From: Candidatus Heimdallarchaeota archaeon
Lineage (GTDB): Archaea > Asgardarchaeota > Heimdallarchaeia > JABLTI01
Length of the DNA: 23,137 bases
Assembly (NCBI GenBank): GCA_030614005.1
Contig: JAUWKS010000052.1
Location: 1-23,137, forward strand
Reading direction: 5' to 3'
In this document: positions 1 through 8,366 of the stretch, piece by piece
How the letters are laid out: each line of letters begins with the position of its first letter
How positions within the stretch are numbered: the stretch's first letter is position 1
Position numbers and translations under genes: made by a program
Notes under the pieces: model-generated
The model's input: the letters and a program-made list of their open reading frames with translations, nothing else
What the model was told of the DNA's origin: nothing
Databases searched by the model: none

Positions 1-522
1 ATTATTGCTTTCTTTTTCTTCTCCTTTCTTTTCCACTTCATACTCTGCTGGATCGATTTGCACAACGACTGTACCAAAAAGACGATCAGTTAATGTTTGG
101 TTATTATTACTGATACCAATCATAATAAATGGAACTAAAGTAGGTATGATGAAGAAAACTTCTATCCAATTAACAATTGCTCTACCAATTATTAATCCAA
201 TATCACCTTCCCCAAGTTCAGCTAATTTCCACTTGTCTTTATCAACAATTTTCTTTACGGTGATTTTTTGTCTAACTTTACCATTTGATTGACCCCTTCT
301 TTTGTAAGGGAGGTAAATGAAGGTTCCAATAAACATCATCAAAGCTGCTAATTGACAAACAACCCCACCTACAATCATAAAGGCATCAGAGGCTATTCCT
401 ATTAGAACACCACCACAAATCATAAAAATAACCGGAGCCAAAAAATCAGGAACCAGTCCAGCTAAAGCTCTTTGTTTAAAAGTTGCTAAAGGCTCTTTTA
501 CATCGGAAGTTTTTTCACTCAT
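1..522 (-). CDS. RDD family membrane protein (3' end runs off the window)
   Basis: Hand translation from ATG at 522 is open for 174 codons to base 1: MSEKTSDVKEPLATFKQRALAGLVPDF...RRGQSNGKVRQKITV...IGRAIVNWIE...NQTLTDRLFGTVVVQ. It shows RDD-type 'A.F..R..A...D', 'GQS.GK' and 'Q.L.D...GT.VV' motifs with hydrophobic helices. Absent from the ORF track because no stop lies in the window. Confidence 0.85.
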   Translation of the reverse strand, partial: MSEKTSDVKEPLATFKQRALAGLVPDFLAPVIFMICGGVLIGIASDAFMIVGGVVCQLAALMMFIGTFIYLPYKRRGQSNGKVRQKITVKKIVDKDKWKLAELGEGDIGLIIGRAIVNWIEVFFIIPTLVPFIMIGISNNNQTLTDRLFGTVVVQIDPAEYEVEKKGEEKESNN

Positions 523-546
523 TATATTCAACCTTCTAAATTAATC

Positions 547-554
547 ATATATAA
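547..554 (-). promoter_or_regulatory. Putative TATA box of the RDD gene
   Basis: TTATATAT on the minus strand, ending 24 nt upstream of the ATG at 522. Archaeal TATA-like, but the region is AT-rich. Confidence 0.35.
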
Positions 555-649
555 CTTACAATAGTTGAAATAATGAAAAATAAATCTTTTGTAGTTCAAT
601 TTATGTTGAAAATTACAAAATGAACTGATTACTTTAGTCATCTATTAAT

Positions 650-657
650 AAAAAAAA
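650..657 (-). terminator. Putative oligo-T terminator after the amidohydrolase
   Basis: T8 run on the minus strand about 18 nt past the stop at 675, preceded by a pyrimidine-rich stretch. Confidence 0.4.
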
Positions 658-674
658 GGGTGATGTGAAGAAGG

Positions 675-1946
675 TTAGAATAATTCTTCTCCATCTTGGA
701 TGTCAAATACTTGTTGACCATCAATAAACACTTTAGCTACTTTGGAACGAGCATCAAGTGGGTCACCAGTAAAGAGTATAATATCCGCATCCTTTCCTTT
801 TTCAAGTGAACCAATGCGATTTTCTAAGCCTAAAATTTTTGCACCATTAATAGTGATAATTTCAAAGGTTCCCTGTCTGGAAAGACCTTCTCTGTGAGCT
901 AAAATAGCATAAATCATTTGGTATTGGCAATGTGTAACAGGGTGGTCAGAAGTTAAAGCAACTAAAACACCTGCTTTATGCATTATTCCTAAAGTTTTCC
1001 AAGTTTTATTTCTAGTTTCGATCTTTGATTTGTAACTTAGCGTTGGACCAACAATAGCTGGTATTTTGTTCTCAACTAAAAAATCGAGGATATAGTGACC
1101 TTCGCTACAATGGTCAATGTAAACCTTAAGATCAAACTCTTTTGCTAAGCGAACTGCAGAAATAATATCGTTCGCTTGATGAGCATGTGCTCGCAGTGGG
1201 ATTTTCTTTTCAAAAACAGGGATCATTGCTTCATATTTAATATCTTTATCTGGAAGAGATGGTTCTATAGGTTTTTTCAGATCTTTATCATTATCTGATT
1301 TTTTCTTCGAGTCAAATTCCTTCAAATCATCTTTATATATTTTCAATTTTTTCTTGTATTCTTTCCATTTATTCATATAATTTTGTGTCTCAAATAATAA
1401 TTGGCGGAATAAACCAAGACTACCCATTCTAGTAGAAGGAGTGATATTTCTACTACCATAGCTTCTTTTTGGGTTTTCACCAAAAGCACATTTCATACCT
1501 GATAGTTCTTGGATAATCATTTTATCAGCTATCTTTCCATGAGTTTTGATAGTGGTCATTTGACCTCCAACGACATTTCCACTTCCAGGAGCAACACAGA
1601 TAGTAGTCATTCCTCCTGCAAGAGCACGCCTTAATCCTTTATCTGCAGGATTGATAGCATCAATAACTCTAATTTGAGGTGTAAGAGGATTTGTTCCTTC
1701 ATTTCCATCTTGTAATCCCATTCCTATGCCCTCCTCGAAAACTGTGGCATGGCAATGGGGGTCAACTAATCCGGGAAAAGCAACCATATCTCGAGCGTTT
1801 ATTATTTCTACTCCTTTCGGTACGGCAAATCCTTCTCTAATATCTTTTATTTTCCCTTTATCATCTATGAGAATATGACCTTTTTTAATTAGCTTACTAG
1901 TAACTGGGATTATTTCTCCACAAACAATTGCTTTCATAATAATCAA
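675..1946 (-). CDS. Metal-dependent amidohydrolase (amidohydrolase superfamily TIM barrel); ATG at 1937 is an alternative start
   Basis: PGLVDPHCH (HxH metal motif), KCAFGENPK, RAHAH, IDHC, LTSDHP (catalytic Asp), GSLEKGKDADI, and N/C-terminal beta-sandwich segments. Confidence 0.9.
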   Translation of the reverse strand: MIIMKAIVCGEIIPVTSKLIKKGHILIDDKGKIKDIREGFAVPKGVEIINARDMVAFPGLVDPHCHATVFEEGIGMGLQDGNEGTNPLTPQIRVIDAINPADKGLRRALAGGMTTICVAPGSGNVVGGQMTTIKTHGKIADKMIIQELSGMKCAFGENPKRSYGSRNITPSTRMGSLGLFRQLLFETQNYMNKWKEYKKKLKIYKDDLKEFDSKKKSDNDKDLKKPIEPSLPDKDIKYEAMIPVFEKKIPLRAHAHQANDIISAVRLAKEFDLKVYIDHCSEGHYILDFLVENKIPAIVGPTLSYKSKIETRNKTWKTLGIMHKAGVLVALTSDHPVTHCQYQMIYAILAHREGLSRQGTFEIITINGAKILGLENRIGSLEKGKDADIILFTGDPLDARSKVAKVFIDGQQVFDIQDGEELF

Positions 1947-1994
1947 TTAATAGAACTTGTCAGAAATAAAAAGAATTTTGGAGGATTTGGAGAA

Positions 1995-3647
1995 TTATCG
2001 TGGATTCCAAACCAAATCCTTCTTGTAATTAGAATATTGTTTCTTAATTTCAGCTTCATCCCAAGCAAGAATTTTGCCCATTTCCTTAGCAATTTTTTCA
2101 GCACAATCAAGACCTTGATGTTCAAGTAATTGTAATTGTGTCCGACGAAGCATAAAATCATTCAAAGTTAAACACATTTCATTAGTTATTGCATAATGCA
2201 CTTCAGCAAAAATATGTGGTCTCCCTTTTGCAATTCTTTTTGCTAAATCCTTATCAGCGTCAATAAATTTGAGGACATCTGTATGTTTAGTTCCGTATGT
2301 ATTGACTATGTGTTCAGCAATATTCTTCTCAAGTTTGTGTTTTTTACTTACTTTAGAAACATTGCTAGCTACATATTTCTTAATGTCCTTTATCCCTTCG
2401 CCTCCATGAATATACGTATTTTTGGTTGTGCATTTGTAGTCTTTCTTCTTAAATTGAAGCTCTTTAACTAAGCGATCAACCATTTTTTCAGCCATATATC
2501 TAAAGATGGTGTATTTGCCTCCGGCAATTGTGAAAAAGTTTGGTAGCATCTTTATTATTTCAAACCATCTGGAGGTGTCAGTTTCTGCTTTGGCTTTTGG
2601 TGATATTAGCAATGGGCGAACACCAGAATAAGCACTAATAACATCATCCCTCGTAACACTTCCAGGAAAATCGTTATTTATGGCAGAAATGACATAGTCA
2701 ATGTCTTCTTGCGTAATATCAACATGATTCATATCACCATCATAATAAGTGTCTGTGGTGCCTGTTAGTGAATAGTCCTTTCTAAATGGAATGACAAACA
2801 TTCCACGTTCATCGTCTGCAGTAATAACTGTAATAACATCTTCTTTTACAATTCGTTTTGTTATAATATGGATTCCTTTTGTTGTTCGCAAAATTTTGTC
2901 TTTTTTGTCAAGAGTTTTTTCAAGGAATTCATTTGTCCACGGACCTGTTACATTTACAATTATTTTAGCTTGAATTGAAATTTCTTCACCAGAAAGCATA
3001 TCCCTTGCAAGCACAGTATCAATAGAATTTTTATCATCTGATCCTTGTTTTTGGTTCAACTTTTCTACTTTGACATGATTTAAACATAAAGCCCCACAAT
3101 CTCGAGCGGAAAGGATAGTCTCAAGGGTTACTCGAGCATCATCCATAGCGCCATCATAATAAAAGAGTGAATGTTTTAGTGGTTCGCTTTTTAGGTTTGG
3201 AACTTTTTCGAGCGTTTTCTTTTTGGAAAGAAACCTGTGTGTTTTGGTGTTCTTAAAATAGGATAAGATATCGTACAAAACACCTGCAAAAATCATTTTT
3301 AATGTACTATTTTTCCCTTTTTTATATACGGGAATAAGAAATGGAAGTGGTGCTGTTTGATGTGGAATATGTTTAAACATCCACATACGCTCTCGAGATG
3401 CATGTCTCACTAGGCTAAATTCACCATAAGCTAAATAGCGAATGCCTGCATGAGCAAGTTTTGAAGATCCACTACTCGTACCTGCTCCAAAATCTTCTTT
3501 GTCAACTATTACAACCTTCAAACCTCGAAGAGCAGCATCCCATGCAATACCTGCTCCAGTAATGCCTGCACCAATAATTAGAACATCAAAGTGCTCATTC
3601 GCTAAAAGAGCTAAATTTTCCTTTCGAGTTTCTTGAATACCTGTCAT
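1995..3647 (-). CDS. glpD: FAD-dependent glycerol-3-phosphate dehydrogenase/oxidase (GlpD/GlpA family)
   Basis: DVLIIGAGITGAGIA.DAALRGL (FAD binding), GTSSGSSKLAHAGIRYL, DG.MDDAR, NVTGPW, KGIHI, GTTD, YSGVRPL, GGKYTIFRYMAE, and C-terminal L.DFMLRRT. Confidence 0.92.
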   Translation of the reverse strand: MTGIQETRKENLALLANEHFDVLIIGAGITGAGIAWDAALRGLKVVIVDKEDFGAGTSSGSSKLAHAGIRYLAYGEFSLVRHASRERMWMFKHIPHQTAPLPFLIPVYKKGKNSTLKMIFAGVLYDILSYFKNTKTHRFLSKKKTLEKVPNLKSEPLKHSLFYYDGAMDDARVTLETILSARDCGALCLNHVKVEKLNQKQGSDDKNSIDTVLARDMLSGEEISIQAKIIVNVTGPWTNEFLEKTLDKKDKILRTTKGIHIITKRIVKEDVITVITADDERGMFVIPFRKDYSLTGTTDTYYDGDMNHVDITQEDIDYVISAINNDFPGSVTRDDVISAYSGVRPLLISPKAKAETDTSRWFEIIKMLPNFFTIAGGKYTIFRYMAEKMVDRLVKELQFKKKDYKCTTKNTYIHGGEGIKDIKKYVASNVSKVSKKHKLEKNIAEHIVNTYGTKHTDVLKFIDADKDLAKRIAKGRPHIFAEVHYAITNEMCLTLNDFMLRRTQLQLLEHQGLDCAEKIAKEMGKILAWDEAEIKKQYSNYKKDLVWNPR

Positions 3648-3729
3648 GTCAACCAGCTCTAAAGTTACCTAAGTAGAATTTAAGACTTTTTCTTGCTTTA
3701 GTAACAAAACGATTTGAAAAAGTGATTAA

Positions 3730-3753
3730 AAATCGACAAAAAAGGGTCGATTT
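3730..3753. promoter_or_regulatory. Inverted repeat AAATCGAC-N8-GTCGATTT in the divergent glpD / hydrolase intergenic region
   Basis: Perfect 8-bp arms at 3730-3737 and 3746-3753 read directly from the sequence. Operator function is inferred. Confidence 0.4.
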
Positions 3754-3836
3754 AGGCAAAATGATTTTAACCTACTATAATTCTATAATCTTAAGTTTGG
3801 CAACTTATTCAGCTAATATACTTTGGGGCTCAAGGT

Positions 3837-4832
3837 ATGGCAAGAAAGAAGAAAATGGACTCAGAAGATATTCAAGAGAAACCACCAGAGCTACAGGTAA
3901 CTGAAGCACAGCAGCTGAAAATAGACCAATTGATAGATTCTACGCGTAAAGAAGGAGTAAATTACTGGGATAAGAAAATAACCAAAGAGATATTTGTTCC
4001 AGTAAATGATGGAGAAATTCGCGTTCTACATGTTAAACCTGAAAAACCAAAAAACAAAAGAATTATTTTATTTATCCCTGGTTGGGGAGTTATTGCTGAT
4101 GGATTTCGAGATTTGTATGAAGGATTGTATGATTCTATAGAATTTTATTATATTGAAACTCGAGAGAAAGGCTCAAGCAGAATTAACCCCATCCGAAAAG
4201 CTGATATGTCCATTTCGCAAAATGCAAAAGATATTCAATCTGTAATTAATTATTTAGGATTACAAAATACTGATTTTGTTCTTGCAGGACCATGTTGGGG
4301 TGCTACGATACAACTTCTTGGTTTATTGGAAAAAGCACTCGATGCTCCAACAATGATTGCTTTTGATCCTATGCATAAATTGTGGTTCAATAGATTTCTT
4401 TTAGATATTGCACCAATTGTTCCGGCATTTCTTGTTAATTGGTTAAAACCTCTCTTTAAATGGGTTTTATTTGGAAATATGAAAGAGAAATCTCAGAAAA
4501 AAAGATCAGAAGATTTTCTTGATAATGCAGATGCACGAAAGTGGAAAAAGGCAGCTTATCAAGCAAGAAAACTAAATCTCTATGGTAAACTGAATGAAAT
4601 AAGAAAAGAGATATTGGTTTTCAATGGGACAACGGATAAAGTTCACGAACAGACTGAATATCCCAAAATGGCAAAAGAATTACCCAATGGACGATTCTTC
4701 TATTTGAATACTGAGGAATCAAAAAGAGAACGAATGCTAACTGCAGTTCTAAGGGAATTCGCTTTAGTTGATGGGAAAACAAATATTCCACAATCTTTGC
4801 GGGAATTTGAAAAGAAATTGAATAAGAGCTAA
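3837..4832 (+). CDS. Alpha/beta hydrolase fold protein with Cys at the nucleophile elbow
   Basis: ILFIPGWG (oxyanion region), FVLAGPCWGA (Gx[C]xG elbow), ILVFNGTTDK (acid position). Confidence 0.75.
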   Translation: MARKKKMDSEDIQEKPPELQVTEAQQLKIDQLIDSTRKEGVNYWDKKITKEIFVPVNDGEIRVLHVKPEKPKNKRIILFIPGWGVIADGFRDLYEGLYDSIEFYYIETREKGSSRINPIRKADMSISQNAKDIQSVINYLGLQNTDFVLAGPCWGATIQLLGLLEKALDAPTMIAFDPMHKLWFNRFLLDIAPIVPAFLVNWLKPLFKWVLFGNMKEKSQKKRSEDFLDNADARKWKKAAYQARKLNLYGKLNEIRKEILVFNGTTDKVHEQTEYPKMAKELPNGRFFYLNTEESKRERMLTAVLREFALVDGKTNIPQSLREFEKKLNKS

Positions 4833-4898
4833 AAGAGAGAGAAGTCACGAGTATAAACATACTAACTAAAAAATTACTAGTATAAGAGGCAAGAAAAA

Positions 4899-6377
4899 AT
4901 GTCAAATTCAGAATTACAAAAAGATGATATTGAAGTTACTTCAATAGAATCAAAGAAAACAGATAGAAAAAATGCTTTTTTATGGTACAGCTATGATATG
5001 GCTGACACATTTTTCTCTCAGACGGTGATTAGCATAGCATTCACACCATTTGCATTGCTCTTAGGAGCAGCGTATGAATGGGGTTTTTTAAAAACTTTCA
5101 TAATTGTTTCAGTTTTTATGGCTGGATCAAATTTGTTGGTTGCGCTTATTAGTCCCTTTATAGGTGCTATTTCAGATACACTTGGAAAAAGAAAGCCAGT
5201 TGTTATTATCGTTGCATCAATAATGGTAACAATAACGATGCTTATAACTATCTGGGAAAACTTCTGGTGGGCCTGTATTCTCTTCGTAATAGCTAATTTT
5301 ATGTATCAAACAGGAAGAATGCTATACGACTCTCAAATCCCATTCATAGCTGAAACAAAGGACCGAAGTATTGTTCAATCAATTGGCGGAGCACTTGCAG
5401 CCTTAGGCTCGATAATAGGTGTCGTTCTTAGTTTGGTTATTAATGGACTTGGTGGTCAACCATTATGGTCTACAGTTAATACCAATCTTTGGGATGAAGA
5501 AGGATTTGGTGTGATTGAATTAGGAAACTTACGCTGGTTATTTCTCGCAGCCGGTATTCTGATAATTTTAATGTCAATTCCATATCTTTTCCATAAGGAA
5601 CAAGAAACTCCAAGCAACCTTAAACCTCGAGAGAACCTTAAGAAATCACGTAGGGCTCTAATTGATTCATTTAAGACTATTTTTAAAGATCGTAATTCTG
5701 TTCTATTTATTATTGGCTGGTTCTTCTTAGTAGATGCAGCAAATACAACCATTCTATTTATGGTACCGGTTATTCAAGGGGCAGTAGGAGTCACAAGTTC
5801 AACTATAACATACATCATTATTTTAGTTGGTATTTTACTCTCCGTTGTATTTGGTTTCGTAACTGGTCATGTTTTGAAACGCGTTGGTCCGAAAATAACT
5901 TTTCTCATAAGTGGGTTAGCTTGGATAGGTGCTGTTGGTTTCACAATGTTAGCAGGCTGGCAGCTTTTTGGTATTACAACTCCTTGGTGGCTAATGTTCT
6001 TTGGTGCAGTATTAATAGGTGTTGGCTTTGGAAGTATTTGGATTATTGGAAGACAATTTATCATGGTTCTTGCTCCACCTGCAAAATTAGCTCAATACAA
6101 TGGTTTCCAAAAAATCGCTGGAAGAGTTAGTGCCATTGTTTCTCCTCTAATATTCTCAGCAATGATGTTCCTTGGTATGAAAACCTTCTCCTTAGATGCA
6201 AATGATTCATTTAGGATAGCTTTAGGAACTCTCGTAGTGTTCTTTGCAATTGGTATGATATTAGTTGCCTTTATTAGAGATCCCTATAAGCGTTACAACG
6301 CAGGAGAACGTGCTCCCTATGAAGGGATTTACGCTAAGAAAGCCAAAGCATCTGAAAAATTAGATACAATGGAATAA
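4899..6377 (+). CDS. MFS transporter, Atg22/UMF1 (BtlA/YxiO-like) family
   Basis: About 12 hydrophobic segments. N-terminal W..YD.A.T.F motif typical of this family, PFIGAISDTLGKRK (motif A), YDSQIP, GRQFIMVLAP...AQYNGF. Confidence 0.8.
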   Translation: MSNSELQKDDIEVTSIESKKTDRKNAFLWYSYDMADTFFSQTVISIAFTPFALLLGAAYEWGFLKTFIIVSVFMAGSNLLVALISPFIGAISDTLGKRKPVVIIVASIMVTITMLITIWENFWWACILFVIANFMYQTGRMLYDSQIPFIAETKDRSIVQSIGGALAALGSIIGVVLSLVINGLGGQPLWSTVNTNLWDEEGFGVIELGNLRWLFLAAGILIILMSIPYLFHKEQETPSNLKPRENLKKSRRALIDSFKTIFKDRNSVLFIIGWFFLVDAANTTILFMVPVIQGAVGVTSSTITYIIILVGILLSVVFGFVTGHVLKRVGPKITFLISGLAWIGAVGFTMLAGWQLFGITTPWWLMFFGAVLIGVGFGSIWIIGRQFIMVLAPPAKLAQYNGFQKIAGRVSAIVSPLIFSAMMFLGMKTFSLDANDSFRIALGTLVVFFAIGMILVAFIRDPYKRYNAGERAPYEGIYAKKAKASEKLDTME

Positions 6378-6403
6378 TTTAGCACTTAATTGAATAGTGA
6401 TTA

Positions 6404-6442
6404 GCTGGCAATTTTTCTTTGCCAGTCTCTTCTCTTTTTTTT
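6404..6442 (+). terminator. Hairpin plus T-tract terminator after the MFS gene
   Basis: Stem CTGGCAA (6405-6411) pairs with TTGCCAG (6419-6425), 7-nt loop, followed by a pyrimidine run and T8 (6435-6442). Confidence 0.55.
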
Positions 6443-6503
6443 CGAGTTTTAACAATTTTTTTAACTAGCACTTATATTATACTTTTATTTAGAGGATTTT
6501 GAT

Positions 6504-7709
6504 TTGGCTGAATTTGAATCAATAAAAATTGACAAACAATATCTATTATCTCTTCTAAAAGAAATGATAAAGATTAATTCTATTCTTGGACAGGAATCAA
6601 ATTTAGCTCATTTTCTATTAGACGAAATAAAAAAATTAGGGATGCATGTTGAACTTGAAGAGGTTTCTCCAAATAGAGAAAATCTATATGCTAAATATGA
6701 TTTTGCTAGAAAAGGAAAAACTCTCACTCTAAATGGTCATTTAGATACTGTAGAGGTGTGTGAGGGGTGGAATACTGATCCTTTTCAACCAATAGAAAAA
6801 GCAAGTAAACTCCATGGTTTGGGTTCTGTTGATATGAAAGGCGGTTTAGCTTGTCAACTAGCTGCAGTTAAAGCACTAATTGAATCTGATGTAGATTTGC
6901 AAGGCACTATACATTATACTGCAGTTGTTGATGAAGAAGGATTTGGCACTGGGGCAAAAAAAATGCTTGGCAATCCTAATTTCGGTAAAGGTGCTACAGA
7001 TGGTATTGTTATTTCAGAACCTTGTTATGGACAATCACCAGATAATGGTTTGCCTATAGGAATGACAGGGAAAGTTTTGTATAAAATTGCTGTTATTGGG
7101 AAATCAGCTCATGCGTTTACTCCAGAAAAAGGAGTTAATGCTGTAACTGAGGCATCCCGAATTCTAACTGCAGTGGATGTCATTGGTGAGGACACTTCGA
7201 TTAAGAAATTCCCTTTGCCTACAGAAGAGGATTTTGGGCAAGGATCATTTTGTGTCTTAAAAATCGAAGGCGGTTATAAAACATATTCAGTTGTTGTTCC
7301 TGAACGTTGCGATTTTGAATTAAACCGTTTAACTGTTCCTGGAGAAACTAAAGAATCAGTTAAAGAAGACTTTAATCAGTTTATCCAAGAAATGCATCTT
7401 AAATCAAATGTTACCATTGAGATTGTTCCACCTTTCTATTTACCTTATAAAATTGCTAAAGATCATCCCCTCTTCAAATCTCTCGAAGAATCATTTGTTA
7501 GCATTTTCAAAAAACAACCATTTACTACTTATTCTAAAATGATAACAGATGCTAATACTTTCATGGGTGAAGGTAACATTCCAACAGTTATATTCGGTCC
7601 GAGAGGTGAAAATCTCCATGCAGCAGATGAATTCGTAGAAATAGATAGCTTAGTGCCTGCTGCAACAGTTTTTGCCCAACTTTTCATTAATTTCCAAAAA
7701 AAGAATTAG
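6504..7709 (+). CDS. M20 family metallopeptidase / ArgE-DapE-like deacylase (TTG start)
   Basis: LNGHLDTV, GLGSVDMKGG, VDEE, ISEP, GKSAHA, TDA, FGP...LHAADEF: complete two-metal ligand set. Confidence 0.9.
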   Translation: MAEFESIKIDKQYLLSLLKEMIKINSILGQESNLAHFLLDEIKKLGMHVELEEVSPNRENLYAKYDFARKGKTLTLNGHLDTVEVCEGWNTDPFQPIEKASKLHGLGSVDMKGGLACQLAAVKALIESDVDLQGTIHYTAVVDEEGFGTGAKKMLGNPNFGKGATDGIVISEPCYGQSPDNGLPIGMTGKVLYKIAVIGKSAHAFTPEKGVNAVTEASRILTAVDVIGEDTSIKKFPLPTEEDFGQGSFCVLKIEGGYKTYSVVVPERCDFELNRLTVPGETKESVKEDFNQFIQEMHLKSNVTIEIVPPFYLPYKIAKDHPLFKSLEESFVSIFKKQPFTTYSKMITDANTFMGEGNIPTVIFGPRGENLHAADEFVEIDSLVPAATVFAQLFINFQKKN

Positions 7710-7726
7710 GAAGCTTTCTCTTCTTC

Positions 7727-8170
7727 TTATAAACCATTTTTTATGTTTGCAAAAGAGGGACAAGTGATTGTTTTTGATACTCCTCCAAGGGGACGGATTT
7801 CATTTAAAACAATTTTACCTATTTTATCCAATGATTCTCCTCGTATTTTCACTAAAATGTCCCACTCGCCAGAAATAAGATGGACTTCATAAACATTTTT
7901 TATTTCAGCTATTTGTCCTGCTAATTCTTGCTGAGTTAATTTTTCTTGTGTTGAAAAAGAGACGAATACAAACGCAGTGACAGGCAAGCCTATTTTATTA
8001 TAATCAATTTTAACAGTGAAGCCAAGAATTACACCATCTTTTTTCATCTTTTCAATACGAGTATGAACAGTGACTCGAGGGATGTCAAGATTTTGAGCTA
8101 TTCTCTTTGTAGGGGTTCGAGCATCTTTATGTAATTCTTCTAAAATCATTTTATCTTTTTCATCAATCAT
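7727..8170 (-). CDS. Lrp/AsnC family transcriptional regulator
   Basis: IDEKDKMILEELHKDARTP...IAQNL.IPRVTVHTRIEKMKKDGVILGF (wHTH) plus C-terminal RAM domain (VYEVHLISGEWDILVKI). Confidence 0.93.
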   Translation of the reverse strand: MIDEKDKMILEELHKDARTPTKRIAQNLDIPRVTVHTRIEKMKKDGVILGFTVKIDYNKIGLPVTAFVFVSFSTQEKLTQQELAGQIAEIKNVYEVHLISGEWDILVKIRGESLDKIGKIVLNEIRPLGGVSKTITCPSFANIKNGL

Positions 8171-8235
8171 TTTTAGCTGCCTCTAGTTTGACCTAATCAA
8201 TAATATCTTACACTTTATCTAAAATCTTTCTGTTT

Positions 8236-8254
8236 ATTGGACAAACTGTTCAAT
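8236..8254. promoter_or_regulatory. Imperfect palindrome ATTGGACAAACTGTTCAAT upstream of the Lrp gene
   Basis: 8-bp arms with one mismatch around a 3-nt centre, 66-84 bp upstream of the Lrp start. Confidence 0.25.
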
Positions 8255-8366
8255 TTAGCGGGAATTATTGCCAATATATCGATAAAATAACTGAATGAAA
8301 ATTGATTATTCAAAAAAAGAAGTTAATATCAAGGACTTAGCCTTGACATTGAGTAGTTTTTGTTCT

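Noticed and set aside
5-292. Plus-strand 95-aa ORF
   Set aside because: Antisense shadow of the RDD gene, with no motifs.
1260-1385. Lys/Asp-rich segment inside the amidohydrolase as a possible insertion element or intein
   Set aside because: Short in-frame charged helical linker with no intein splice motifs or terminal repeats.
1943-6130. Short ORFs 1943-2161, 2283-2471, 2791-2973, 3722-3904, 4621-4905, 5456-5752, 5867-6064, 5921-6130
   Set aside because: Each overlaps a well-supported gene in another frame or strand and has no recognisable motif.
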